NCBI GenBank assembly: GCA_963666505.2
Contig: CAXXXL010000002.1
Location: forward strand, 26,507 to 90,506
DNA length: 64,000 nt
DNA from: Christensenellaceae bacterium
Lineage (GTDB): Bacteria > Bacillota > Clostridia > Christensenellales > SZUA-584
Direction: 5' to 3'
Shown: in pieces, positions 15,492-25,025 of the stretch
How positions within the stretch are numbered: position 1 is the stretch's first letter
Layout of the letters: every line of letters starts with the position of its first letter
Notes under the pieces: generated by a model
Databases searched by the model: none
What the model was told of the DNA's origin: nothing
Seen by the model: the letters and a program-made list of their open reading frames with translations, nothing else
Program-made: the position numbers and the translations under genes

Positions 15492-16076
15492 CTAGAGTAC
15501 CCCTTTCGTGGAAGGGATGCCTTCTTCTCTCGGGTCTGACAGAAGCGCAAACCTTACCGCACGCCCCAAAGCCTTGAATACGGCTTCTATCATGTGGTGG
15601 TTGTTTGTGCCGTATAGGACGCTTATGTGCAAAGTCAAGCCTGCAGCAGAAGAGAAAGCTCGAAAGAATTCTTCGAAAATCTGCACCGGCATGCCTCCGA
15701 CCTCGGGCTCATAGCACTCTACACTGTATTGCAGGAACCCTCTGCCGGAAAAATCCAGGCTTACCATAGCAAGCGCTTCGTCCATGGGTATGAACTGTGT
15801 AGAGTATCTGTAGATGCCTTTTTTATCACCTATTGCCTGCGATAAAGCCTGACCAAGCACGATCCCGACATCTTCGACTGTGTGGTGCTCGTCTACGCAT
15901 AAATCGCCGCTGACCTTAAGCGACATACCGAGCTTGCCCTGCTTTGCAAACAAATCCAGCATATGGTCAAAGAAGCCGATCCCGGTGGACACTTCTCTAA
16001 CTTTTGCGTCATCAATATTCAGTTCCAGGTCTATCTTGGTTTCTTTCGTATCCCTTTTTATACAGGCTGTTCTCAT
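15492..16076 (-). CDS. hisB: imidazoleglycerol-phosphate dehydratase
   Basis: 194 aa, monofunctional. DTKETKI, DEHHTVEDVGI and NNHHMIEA motifs. Confidence 0.95.
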   Translation of the reverse strand: MRTACIKRDTKETKIDLELNIDDAKVREVSTGIGFFDHMLDLFAKQGKLGMSLKVSGDLCVDEHHTVEDVGIVLGQALSQAIGDKKGIYRYSTQFIPMDEALAMVSLDFSGRGFLQYSVECYEPEVGGMPVQIFEEFFRAFSSAAGLTLHISVLYGTNNHHMIEAVFKALGRAVRFALLSDPREEGIPSTKGVL

Positions 16077-16087
16077 AACAGGCCTCC

Positions 16088-17368
16088 TTAATCTTTAAAT
16101 CTTATCGCTGCACTTCGGGCATGGGCATCTAGCCCCTCTGCCTGTGCAAATTTTATAATATCATTATAGCACTTTCCAAGTGCCGCTCTATCGTAGCAGA
16201 TATAGTTCGTCTTCTTGATGAAGTCGTCTACTGAAAGCGGTGAAGAAAACCTTGCTGTGCCGGCAGTCGGCAATACATGGTTCGGGCCGGCAAAATAATC
16301 TCCCAGAGGCTCCGGCGAATACTCCCCAAGGAAGACAGCTCCAGCATTTCTGACCATCTTTAAGCCTTCCCACGGCTCTTCTGTCAATATCTCCAGATGC
16401 TCCGGTGCGATATCGTTGGCGATTGCAAAAGCCTCTTCAAGCGTTTCAGTAAGAATTATCGTACCATAGTTTTCAACACTTTGCTGAGCTATCTGTTTTC
16501 TTGTAAGCATGCTGAGCTGACGCTCTATTTCTTCCGAAGCCTTTTTTGCTGTATCAACGCTTGTCGTAATGAGTATGCTTGCAGCCTGTTCGTCATGTTC
16601 TGCCTGTGACAGGAAGTCGGCTGCTATATATGCCGGATTTGCACTTTCATCCGCTATTATCAGAACCTCGGAGGGACCAGCTATCATATCTATGCCTACG
16701 CTTCCATATACCTCACGCTTTGCAGCGGCCACATAAGCGTTTCCGGGGCCGGTTACTACATCTACCCCAGTTACGCTTTTCGTGCCGTATGCAAGCGCTG
16801 CTACGGCCTGAGCGCCGCCTATCCTCAGTATAGTGTCTGCTCCCGCGATATCTGCTGCGACGAGCGTAAGCGGCTCTATACTGCCGTCTCTGCCGGGAGG
16901 CGTTACCATGATAACTTCCTCTACCCCTGCTATCTTCGCGGGGATGATGTTCATAAGCACGCTTGACGGATAAGCTGCTTTACCGCCGGGAACATATACT
17001 CCCGCACGCTGCATAGGGATTATCAGCCTTCCGGTAACTGCTCCGTCGATTTTGCATTCATAGCCTTCACGTTTTTGCTTTTCATGAAAAGCCTTTATAT
17101 TTTGTGCACTTTTCTTTAGCGTTGCAACAAGCTCTGACGATATCGCTTTATATGCAGCTTCGATTTCTTCTTTTGTAACTCTGATGTTTTCTTGATTAAG
17201 CTCAAAGCCGTCAAACTTCTTTGTGTATTCGAACAGTGCTTCATCACCTCTTTGCCTGACTTGCTCAATTATATCCACGGCTGCTTTTCTTACATTTTCG
17301 TCAGCTTCTGATTTTCTGCCCAGTCTTTTTTTTACTTCTACAATGTCGTTTAAAGTGTATATCCTCAT
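16088..17368 (-). CDS. hisD: histidinol dehydrogenase
   Basis: 426 aa. GGAQAVAALAYGT, AGPSEVLIIAD and QAEHD motifs. Confidence 0.95.
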   Translation of the reverse strand: MRIYTLNDIVEVKKRLGRKSEADENVRKAAVDIIEQVRQRGDEALFEYTKKFDGFELNQENIRVTKEEIEAAYKAISSELVATLKKSAQNIKAFHEKQKREGYECKIDGAVTGRLIIPMQRAGVYVPGGKAAYPSSVLMNIIPAKIAGVEEVIMVTPPGRDGSIEPLTLVAADIAGADTILRIGGAQAVAALAYGTKSVTGVDVVTGPGNAYVAAAKREVYGSVGIDMIAGPSEVLIIADESANPAYIAADFLSQAEHDEQAASILITTSVDTAKKASEEIERQLSMLTRKQIAQQSVENYGTIILTETLEEAFAIANDIAPEHLEILTEEPWEGLKMVRNAGAVFLGEYSPEPLGDYFAGPNHVLPTAGTARFSSPLSVDDFIKKTNYICYDRAALGKCYNDIIKFAQAEGLDAHARSAAIRFKD

Positions 17369-18003
17369 CAGGACTCCTCCACTGCGCTCTTTATCTTTTC
17401 GATAAGCGGCTTTATTACTGAAGCCTTTATCTTAAGGCTTGCCCTGTTAACCGCCAGTCTTGCGGACACCTGAGCGACATCTTCTGTTACGACAAGACCG
17501 TTTTCTTTGAGCGTCCTGCCGCTTTCAACTATGTCCAGAATAACATCGGACAAACCAAGTATCGGGCCGAGCTCTACGCTGCCGTTAAGCTTTATGCACT
17601 CTATCGATTCTCCTTTTGATGCGTAATACTTCTTTGCGACTTCCGGATATTTCGTTGCAACACGCAGTATTGATGTTGTAAGCGAATTGTCCTGCTTGGC
17701 GGGATAACCTGCGATAGCCAGCTTGCATTTGCCATATTTCAGATCCGCCATCTCATATAGCGGAAGACCGGCTTCAAGCAGAGTGTCTTTGCCGACTATA
17801 CCCATGTCGGCAACACCGTGGTCGACATAAGTCGGGACATCTGTGGGCTTTACCATAATGAATCTGATATTATTCTTTTCATCATAAAAAATCAGCTTTC
17901 GAGAGTCTTTGAACATCTCTTCACATTCTATGCCGCATTTTTCAAGTATTTTCATCGCTTTTTCAGCAAGCCTGCCTTTTGCAAGCGCTATCGTTATCTG
18001 CAT
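17368..18003 (-). CDS. hisG: ATP phosphoribosyltransferase, short (HisZ-dependent) form
   Basis: 211 aa. It lacks the C-terminal regulatory domain. IALAKGRL and DIVESGRTLKENGL motifs. Confidence 0.93.
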   Translation of the reverse strand: MQITIALAKGRLAEKAMKILEKCGIECEEMFKDSRKLIFYDEKNNIRFIMVKPTDVPTYVDHGVADMGIVGKDTLLEAGLPLYEMADLKYGKCKLAIAGYPAKQDNSLTTSILRVATKYPEVAKKYYASKGESIECIKLNGSVELGPILGLSDVILDIVESGRTLKENGLVVTEDVAQVSARLAVNRASLKIKASVIKPLIEKIKSAVEES

Positions 18004-18012
18004 ATCCTTCTC

Positions 18013-19206
18013 CTACAGCACATTTTTAATTCCGCTGTCATCTATAAATATTGCTTCATTTGCCTGCGCTCTTTGCTTTTCCTTAATAAGCTCATTCTTT
18101 GTAAGGTCTGAGAACAGTATCGCTCTTTTGCCGCTTTCACGCAGCTCTTCCGCATATGCATATGCTTTTTCATAAGAATCCGGCTCTGAAGAGATGACAG
18201 CATCAGTCTTATAATAGCCAGACAGCAACTCCTGCCGCTCCATCGCTATCATTATACGCTTTATGCCAAGTGCAAAACCTGTTGCCGGGATGTCTGCTCC
18301 AAACTTTGAAATGAGCTCGTCATACCTGCCTCCGGAAACCACCGGGAAGCCTATGCCCGGTGTAACGCCACGGAATATTATTCCGGAATAGTACGCTATA
18401 TCGTGCAACATCGAAAAATCAACGGATATATACTCAGCTAGTCCATAGGCTTTTAGAAGATCGTATACACCCTTAAGGTTGTTCACAGCATCGGTGCACT
18501 CAGCGCTGTCATAAAGCTTCAGCGCTTTGTCGAATACTTCTTCATCGCCGAAAAGCCCGGGAAGTTCTGCCAGTTTCTGCGTATGCTCTGCGTCTATACC
18601 AAGCTTTGCTGCCGCTGCTTCTATCGCCATAACGTCCTTGGAATCCACCGCGTGGCGAAGTTCGTCGATCTCTAATTCTTCCAGCCCTATCTGCCCTACA
18701 AGACCTTTGAAAAATGCAACCTGTCCAATGTCTATCGTAAAGCTTTTCAGCCCGGCTTTTATCAACGCCTTTATTGCAAGAGCAATCACCTGGGCATCCG
18801 CTTTATAGCTTCTGTCCCCGATAAGCTCTATTCCTGCCTGTGTGAATTCGCCAGCTTTACCGAAAGCAGGGGCTGCTGTTGCAAAGGAGTTTTGGATGTA
18901 GAACAGCTGCTTTATACCGCTTCCCAGTTTAGTTGCTGCAACGCGGGCTATTGGCACAGTCATATCCGGCCGCAGAACCAGAATGCGTCCCATCGAATCT
19001 ACAAACTTTATCATGCTCTCCTGCATGTATGAACCGACACCGCTCTGGAAAGCATCGTAATATTCATATGTGGGCGTTTCGATTTCGTCATAGCCCGCTA
19101 GAATAAAGGTTTTCCTCAGCTTTGCCTCTATGTCTCTTTTTATATAGCACTCCGCCGGCAGACAGTCTTCAACACCGGCAGGTACGTGTTTTTTATATTC
19201 TTCCAT
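18013..19206 (-). CDS. hisZ: ATP phosphoribosyltransferase regulatory subunit (HisRS paralogue)
   Basis: 397 aa. HisRS-like class II core (RPDMTVPIAR, GGRYD) without an anticodon-binding domain. It sits directly upstream of the short hisG. Confidence 0.9.
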   Translation of the reverse strand: MEEYKKHVPAGVEDCLPAECYIKRDIEAKLRKTFILAGYDEIETPTYEYYDAFQSGVGSYMQESMIKFVDSMGRILVLRPDMTVPIARVAATKLGSGIKQLFYIQNSFATAAPAFGKAGEFTQAGIELIGDRSYKADAQVIALAIKALIKAGLKSFTIDIGQVAFFKGLVGQIGLEELEIDELRHAVDSKDVMAIEAAAAKLGIDAEHTQKLAELPGLFGDEEVFDKALKLYDSAECTDAVNNLKGVYDLLKAYGLAEYISVDFSMLHDIAYYSGIIFRGVTPGIGFPVVSGGRYDELISKFGADIPATGFALGIKRIMIAMERQELLSGYYKTDAVISSEPDSYEKAYAYAEELRESGKRAILFSDLTKNELIKEKQRAQANEAIFIDDSGIKNVL

Positions 19207-19263
19207 AAGTTATTACAGCTCCTTAATTCAACGTTTTAGCACGCTAAACTACTAATACGCTGT

Positions 19264-19292
19264 ATTCTAACCTCTATTTAATCATTTGTCAA
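19264..19292 (-). promoter_or_regulatory. his operon promoter (TTGACA-N17-TAGAAT)
   Basis: Minus strand: TTGACA (19292-19287), 17-nt spacer, TAGAAT (19269-19264). The leader to the hisZ ATG is only about 55 nt. AAGGAG RBS. Confidence 0.65.
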
Positions 19293-19302
19293 GCGAAATT
19301 GT

Positions 19303-21321
19303 TTAATTTATCGTGATGTTATCGAAGCTGAATCTTTCGGATGCCAGCTTTAGTAGTTGTTTATACAGAGCACCGTTATCATTTTCTAGCTCTTGCGCAA
19401 TTTGCCTTGTCTTTTTCAAAAGCTTCATGTCTCCGATTAGATTGGCCATGTAGAGGTCTGAAACACCGCTCTGCCTGCTTCCGAGAAACTGCCCCGGCCC
19501 GCGCAGCCGCAGGTCTTCTTCAGATATTTTAAAACCATCGTTTGTTTTAGCCAGTATCTGAAGTCTTTTATTGTCGTTCTGCTCGCACATGAGGAAGCAG
19601 TATGATCGTTTATCTCCCCTGCCTACCCTGCCGCGCAGCTGGTGCAGCTGGGACAGACCGAAACGGTCAGCATTCTCTATTATCATAATTGTTGCGTTCG
19701 GTACATCTACGCCGACTTCTATCACTGTTGTTGATACAAGTATACTGAACTCTGCGTTCTTGAAGCGTTCCATAGCTTCGTTTTTCTCCTCTGGTTTCAT
19801 TCTGCCATGAAGCAGCGCTGTATTTTTCTCACCAAAGCGCTCACTCAGTTCCTCGAAAACCTCCTCTGAAGATCTGGCTTCAAGCAGACCGCTCTGCTCT
19901 ATCAGCGGACACACAACAAAAATCTGCGATCCTGATGCTATCTCTTCTTCCAGGAATCCGTACATATCGCTGCGTTTATGCTCACCTACGACAAAAGTCT
20001 TAACCGGCTGTCTCCCCGGCGGCATCTCGTCTATTATCGAAATATCCGTTTTGCCGTAAATAATAAGCGCAAGCGTTCTCGGAATCGGCGTTGCGGACAT
20101 TATCAATGTATGGGGTGCGCTAGTTTTTGACTCAAGCCGAGCACGCTGAGTTACCCCAAACCTGTGCTGCTCATCTGTTATTATCAGCCCAAGAGCAGAG
20201 AACTGCACGCTGTCATAAAGCAGTGCATGCGTACCAATGATTATATCCGTATTGCCGGCGGCGGAGTTTTGCGAAATGATTCTTCTCTGCGCTGCAGGGG
20301 TGCTGCCGGTAAGCAGTTCTATGTTTATACCGGTATCTTTAAAAAGTGCGCACGCATTCTTGAAATGTTGTTTCGCCAGCACTTCAGTTGGCGCCATCAT
20401 AACGCTCTGTTTAGAGTTCTTTGCACATATATACATCGCATAGAATGCCGGTGTTGTTTTACCGCTGCCGACATCTCCCTGCATCAGCCGGTTCATTGGC
20501 TTTTGCTTCGACAAATCTGATTCTATCTCATTCATTACCCGAAGCTGGGCATTAGTCGGCGAATATTCCAGCAGAGACAAAAATTCTTTCCTAACCATTT
20601 CATTGCTCTGTAGGCATTCGGCTTCGCCAAAATCTGTGTTTTCCCGATTTAAAAGTGCAATATTGAAAAGAAGCAGCTCCTCGAACACAAGCCGCCTTTT
20701 CGCTGCTTCTAAAATGATTTCATCGTTTGGAATGTGTATATTTTTTATTGAAAAATTGATATCGGCTAGATTGTGAAGTTTTCTGAATTGTTCAGGTAGC
20801 GTTTCCCTGATGCTGCCAGCGCAGTATTCCAGCGCTGATTTCATCAGTATACGCATAGACTTTTGCGTAAGGCCTGCTGTCAGCGGATATACAGGGCTAA
20901 GACCAGTGATTTGCTTATTGCCTTTTTCAATGTGCGGATTGGTGAATTGAAGGCTTCTGCCAATAATCTTTGTTGTACCGCTTACGTATACTTCGTCGCC
21001 CTTGTGGTACATTCGGCTCATATAAGGCTGATTAAAAAAAACAGCCTCTGCACTTCCTGTCTCGTCGGATAGCGAGAACTTCGTCAGTGAGACGCCTTTT
21101 CTTATTCTTCTTAAAGATGGGTTTTTATCTATAACCGCATTGATACTATAGGTTCCGTTTGGCTTAAGCCCGGACAGCTTGACCAATTGCCCGGGTGTTT
21201 CATATGACCTTGGCATATAATATAAAAGGTCACGTATTGTTCTTATCCCAAGCTTTAAAAGCAGCCTGGCTTTTTTATCGCCTACACTTTTTAACGATTT
21301 TACGCTCTCGTCAGGACTCAT
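19303..21321 (-). CDS. recG: ATP-dependent DNA helicase RecG
   Basis: 672 aa. Walker A GDVGSGKT, DEQHRFG box and QLHQLRGRVGRG motif. N-terminal wedge/OB region. Confidence 0.95.
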   Translation of the reverse strand: MSPDESVKSLKSVGDKKARLLLKLGIRTIRDLLYYMPRSYETPGQLVKLSGLKPNGTYSINAVIDKNPSLRRIRKGVSLTKFSLSDETGSAEAVFFNQPYMSRMYHKGDEVYVSGTTKIIGRSLQFTNPHIEKGNKQITGLSPVYPLTAGLTQKSMRILMKSALEYCAGSIRETLPEQFRKLHNLADINFSIKNIHIPNDEIILEAAKRRLVFEELLLFNIALLNRENTDFGEAECLQSNEMVRKEFLSLLEYSPTNAQLRVMNEIESDLSKQKPMNRLMQGDVGSGKTTPAFYAMYICAKNSKQSVMMAPTEVLAKQHFKNACALFKDTGINIELLTGSTPAAQRRIISQNSAAGNTDIIIGTHALLYDSVQFSALGLIITDEQHRFGVTQRARLESKTSAPHTLIMSATPIPRTLALIIYGKTDISIIDEMPPGRQPVKTFVVGEHKRSDMYGFLEEEIASGSQIFVVCPLIEQSGLLEARSSEEVFEELSERFGEKNTALLHGRMKPEEKNEAMERFKNAEFSILVSTTVIEVGVDVPNATIMIIENADRFGLSQLHQLRGRVGRGDKRSYCFLMCEQNDNKRLQILAKTNDGFKISEEDLRLRGPGQFLGSRQSGVSDLYMANLIGDMKLLKKTRQIAQELENDNGALYKQLLKLASERFSFDNITIN

Positions 21322-22937
21322 TATTCAACCGCAAATATATAATAGTATACAGGCTGCCCACCGTACTGCAGCTCTATATCAAAATCCTCATATTTATCTT
21401 CTATCATCTCTGCAAGTTTTTCAGCATCTTTTTCCTTTATGTCTTCTCCGTAGAAAATCGTGATTATGCTGTCATCTTCCGTTACCATACCCTCTATAAG
21501 GTCAATACAGGTTTTCTCGACATCTTCATCGTGAAATGCTATTTTCCCGTCCTGAATACCTATTATATCGCCCTTTTTAATTTTCTTTCCGGAAACGCTT
21601 GAAGCCCTTACCGCAGTAGTAACCTGGCCTGTTTTTACCGTTTCAATCGCTTTGTTCATGCGCTGTTCATTCTCGTCAAAACCAAGTTCCATATTGTACG
21701 CAAGAACTCCGGTTATTCCCTGAGGGAATGATTTGCTGGGAATTACCTTTACGTTTTTACTTGAAAGTTCTGCAGCCTGTTCTGCAGCAAGTATTATATT
21801 TTTATTGTTCGGGAAAACGAAAACATTGTCTGAGGGTGCCTTTTCTATAGCTTTTGATATCGTTTCTGCCGATGGGTTCATAGTCTGCCCGCCAACAACG
21901 ATCTCGTCAACTAGAAATTCTTTGAATATGTTTACTATTCCGTCGCCCGAAGCGACTGAAACAACAGCCATCGGTTTCATTTCTATGTCTGAATGCACAC
22001 CATCCCTAAGCTCTGTGTGCTGCTCACGCATGTTTTCTATCTTTATTTTTGAAAGTTCACCTAAACGCTGTGCATATTGAAGCGCTTTGCCCGGGTCGTT
22101 TGTGTGGACGTGAGTTTTAATGAGCTTCAGGTCTCCGACAACAAGAACTGAGTCCCCAAGATCCGAAAGGTCGTCCTTATAGTCGTCTATGTTCTTCTGA
22201 GACACACCTTCATTCACATTTATAATGAAAAACTCTGTACAGTATCCGAACTCAATATCCTGAGTAAAATCTGCAAATTCGTGATGCGTTTCTTCCTGCC
22301 CACTATCAAAATCGATATCGTCTGATACTGTTTCTCCGTTGACAGCATTCTTAAACCCTTTAAAAATAACCAAAAGACCTTTACCTCCTGCATCAACTAC
22401 TCCCGCCTCTTTCAGTACAGGCAGCATATCCGGAGTCTTCTTTAGCGTTGCTGCGCCCTGCTCTATTACAACGTCCAGCAAACCTTGCAGGTCGTCGCCC
22501 GCCTTGGAACTTCTGTGACCCATAGCAGCCATGTCTTTAGCAACCGTTAGAATGGTGCCTTCTTTTGGCTTCATAACAGCTTTATAAGCGGCGTCTACGC
22601 CTTCCTGCATGGCTGTAGCAAAGTCTGCAATGTCCGCCTCATCAAGACCTTCAAGGCCCTTTGCAAAGCCTCTGAATATCTGTGAGAGTATAACGCCCGA
22701 GTTTCCCCTTGCGCCCTTAAGAGCGCCCAGAGACAGCGCATCAACTATATTAGAAATCTTCGAAGCATCAGCCTCTTTGACTTCTTTTACGGCAGACATC
22801 ATCGTCAGCGACATATTTGTGCCTGTGTCGCCGTCCGGAACAGGAAAAACATTAAGGGAGTTTAAATCCTCTTTGCTTTTTTCCAGTAATGATGCAGCTG
22901 CAAAAATCATATCTTTAAACAATCCACCACTTATCAT
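21321..22937 (-). CDS. DAK2-domain protein (YloV / fatty-acid kinase FakA-like)
   Basis: 538 aa. N-terminal Dak2 motif FPVPDGDTGTNM. The C-terminal half is DegV/EDD-like. It has the same position as B. subtilis yloV. Confidence 0.85.
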   Translation of the reverse strand: MISGGLFKDMIFAAASLLEKSKEDLNSLNVFPVPDGDTGTNMSLTMMSAVKEVKEADASKISNIVDALSLGALKGARGNSGVILSQIFRGFAKGLEGLDEADIADFATAMQEGVDAAYKAVMKPKEGTILTVAKDMAAMGHRSSKAGDDLQGLLDVVIEQGAATLKKTPDMLPVLKEAGVVDAGGKGLLVIFKGFKNAVNGETVSDDIDFDSGQEETHHEFADFTQDIEFGYCTEFFIINVNEGVSQKNIDDYKDDLSDLGDSVLVVGDLKLIKTHVHTNDPGKALQYAQRLGELSKIKIENMREQHTELRDGVHSDIEMKPMAVVSVASGDGIVNIFKEFLVDEIVVGGQTMNPSAETISKAIEKAPSDNVFVFPNNKNIILAAEQAAELSSKNVKVIPSKSFPQGITGVLAYNMELGFDENEQRMNKAIETVKTGQVTTAVRASSVSGKKIKKGDIIGIQDGKIAFHDEDVEKTCIDLIEGMVTEDDSIITIFYGEDIKEKDAEKLAEMIEDKYEDFDIELQYGGQPVYYYIFAVE

Positions 22938-22955
22938 TTAAGCGTATTATCCCCC

Positions 22956-23306
22956 TTACACCCTTATCCCGTTAATGGTAATGTCGATCTTCTCAATCGT
23001 TAGTCCTGTGATTTTTTCGACTTTATACTTTACAGTATCCATAACGTTTGCAGCAACAGCGGAAATAGATACGCCGTATTCAACTATTATGAAAAGATGA
23101 ATACGTACGGTGCCTTCGTTTGTAGAGATTTTTACACCTTTGCTGAAATTTGACCCACGAAGAAGCTCTACAATTCCATCCATCGTTTTTTGAGAAGACA
23201 TCCCAACTATACCGTAGCATTCCATAGCGGTCACACCGGCAAGGTTGGAAAGAAATTCATCAGAAAATATGATTTTCCCGTTCGAGTTTTGCTGAATAAC
23301 AGCCAT
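22956..23306 (-). CDS. Asp23/Gls24 family envelope stress protein (YloU-like)
   Basis: ORF track gives 22956..23345. The ATG at 23306 (MAVIQQN...) lies 9 nt after AGGAGG. 116 aa. ECYGIVGM and IVEYGVSI patterns are typical of the Asp23 family. Confidence 0.85.
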   Translation of the reverse strand: MAVIQQNSNGKIIFSDEFLSNLAGVTAMECYGIVGMSSQKTMDGIVELLRGSNFSKGVKISTNEGTVRIHLFIIVEYGVSISAVAANVMDTVKYKVEKITGLTIEKIDITINGIRV

Positions 23307-23362
23307 TTTTCTTTGCCTCCTATATAAAAACGTATATACATCCAAATTGTGTTGCGGTCTTA

Positions 23363-23391
23363 AATTTATCTTCTTTTTAGGCGCTAGTCAA
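23363..23391 (-). promoter_or_regulatory. promoter for yloU-yloV-recG (TTGACT-N17-TAAATT)
   Basis: Minus strand: TTGACT (23391-23386), 17-nt spacer, TAAATT (23368-23363). Confidence 0.5.
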
Positions 23392-23431
23392 TAGTTTTCA
23401 CCAAAATGACACGAAAATTTAAAAATTGGTC

Positions 23432-23460
23432 TTGCCAAAAGAAGCCACTGATGATAGAAT
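23432..23460 (+). promoter_or_regulatory. rpmB promoter (TTGCCA-N17-TAGAAT)
   Basis: TTGCCA at 23432-23437, 17-nt spacer, TAGAAT at 23455-23460. It lies about 38 nt upstream of the rpmB ATG. Confidence 0.6.
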
Positions 23461-23497
23461 AATCAAGTTCGATTTTAAGGTAAGTGAGGTGTTAATC

Positions 23498-23686
23498 ATG
23501 GCTAAATACTGCGAGATATGCAACAAGGGTATTGTTTCCGGAAACAATGTCAGTCACTCAAACAGAAAGTCCAAGAGGACATGGGCGCCCAATGTACAGC
23601 GCGTTCGTGCTATAGTAGACGGCTCTCCTAAAAGAATGTATGTATGCACAAGATGCCTGCGTTCGGGAAAAGTTGTCCGTGGATAG
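23498..23686 (+). CDS. rpmB: 50S ribosomal protein L28
   Basis: ORF track gives 23426..23686. The ATG at 23498 lies after GTGAGGTG. 62 aa: [11 protein letters not shown]...[16 protein letters not shown]. Confidence 0.95.
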   Translation: MAKYCEICNKGIVSGNNVSHSNRKSKRTWAPNVQRVRAIVDGSPKRMYVCTRCLRSGKVVRG

Positions 23687-23707
23687 TTTGATTTAGAATA
23701 TTCTTTT

Positions 23708-23735
23708 AAAGGGATCTGTAACGGTTCCTTTTTTA
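23708..23735 (+). terminator. rpmB terminator
   Basis: AAAGGGATC (23708-23716) pairs with GGTTCCTTT (23723-23731), giving 9 bp with 2 G-U pairs and loop TGTAAC. A T-run follows. The reverse strand lacks a U-tract. Confidence 0.5.
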
Positions 23736-23742
23736 GTACAGT

Positions 23743-24378
23743 TTAATTGTCGTTAGTGAACATCACAAGCGCATAGCCGTCTTTAATCTTGATATCTGCG
23801 TGGTTTTCCTTGACAATATTGCTTACGCCCCTTGAAGAGCCAACGGCAAGCAGAAGATCTTCCAGCGGGTATGCAAGGCCTTTTGCAGAAACTATTATGT
23901 CTGATCCAAGCGGAAGTATTGATACGGTCTGCCCGGTTCTGTCCTTTATCTCATAATAATCATTGCATATGAATATCTCGTTGTTTTTGTTGTGTATCTT
24001 CATGGAAGCACCGCTGTCAAGCGCAAGCTTTAAAAGCGCTATGTTGGACATCGTATGATCCATGCGGCTGCCTATTGCACCGAGCAGTACGATATCATCT
24101 GCCCCTCTGTCAAGTGCAAGCCTGACTGCTGCTTCAGTATCCGTTTCATTCTTCATCGGCTCCAGCCGTATCACTTCTGCACCTTTTATCGACTGAGCAG
24201 TCACGTTCTTTTCATCGGCAGTATCGAAGTCTCCAAGAAGTATGTCTGCTATGATACCGAAAGATTCAAAAAGGTCTGCGGCTCCGTCAACACCAATCAG
24301 TTTGTCAGCTTTATCAATATAGCTATTCAGCAGCTTTAAATCCGGCGGATAACCACCGCTCACAATAACGTATTTCAT
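23743..24378 (-). CDS. thiN: thiamine diphosphokinase
   Basis: 211 aa. GDFDT, NETDTE and GSRMDHTMSN motifs. Confidence 0.9.
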   Translation of the reverse strand: MKYVIVSGGYPPDLKLLNSYIDKADKLIGVDGAADLFESFGIIADILLGDFDTADEKNVTAQSIKGAEVIRLEPMKNETDTEAAVRLALDRGADDIVLLGAIGSRMDHTMSNIALLKLALDSGASMKIHNKNNEIFICNDYYEIKDRTGQTVSILPLGSDIIVSAKGLAYPLEDLLLAVGSSRGVSNIVKENHADIKIKDGYALVMFTNDN

Positions 24379-25025
24379 TTTTCAAGACGCAGCGTCTTTA
24401 TCATTTCCGCCGGGTCCTCAGCTTTGAATATAGTATTACCCGATACTATCACGTTTACACCCGATTCGATTACGTCTTTTATATTGCCTGTGCCTATGCC
24501 GCCATCCATTTCAATATCTATTTTATAGCCCCTTTTGTCAATCATAGCTTTTAAAGCCTTTGCTTTTTCAAGAGATGATTCTATAAAGCTCTGGGCGCCG
24601 AAACCTGGATTGACAGACATAAGCAGCACCATATCGACGTTGTAGAGCACATATTCAAGAACGTCTATGGGTGTGTGCGGGTTTAGTGAAACGCCCACTT
24701 TTTTGCCTGTGCTTCGGATTAGCTGGAGCGACCTGTCGAGATGTCTCGTGGCTTCTTCATGAACTGTTATTATATCTGCACCAGCCTCGGCGAACTCGAC
24801 AATGTACTTGTCCGGGTTGTCTATCATGAGGTGAACATCCAGCGGAAGTGTTGTTGCTTTTCTTAAATCCCGTATCATATATTGACCGAAGGTTATGTTT
24901 GGTACAAATGAGCCGTCCATTACATCGCAGTGGATATAGTCGGCTCCTGCTTTTTCCAGCATCTTTACAGCATCATAGATATTTGTAAAGTTTGCAGATA
25001 GTATCGATGGTGAAATCTTAATCAT
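24375..25025 (-). CDS. rpe: ribulose-phosphate 3-epimerase
   Basis: 216 aa. SPSILSANF, HCDVMDGSFVPN and MSVNPGFGAQ motifs. Confidence 0.95.
   Translation of the reverse strand: MIKISPSILSANFTNIYDAVKMLEKAGADYIHCDVMDGSFVPNITFGQYMIRDLRKATTLPLDVHLMIDNPDKYIVEFAEAGADIITVHEEATRHLDRSLQLIRSTGKKVGVSLNPHTPIDVLEYVLYNVDMVLLMSVNPGFGAQSFIESSLEKAKALKAMIDKRGYKIDIEMDGGIGTGNIKDVIESGVNVIVSGNTIFKAEDPAEMIKTLRLEK

Noticed and set aside
19207-19302. A possible T-box or attenuator leader upstream of hisZ.
   Set aside because: Only about 55 nt lie between the predicted -10 and the start codon. There is no specifier or antiterminator-like structure and no His-rich leader peptide.
23687-23742. A search for a spoVM-like small ORF between thiN and rpmB, by analogy with B. 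subtilis.
   Set aside because: The gap is only 56 nt and is occupied by a terminator hairpin. No ORF with an RBS is present.
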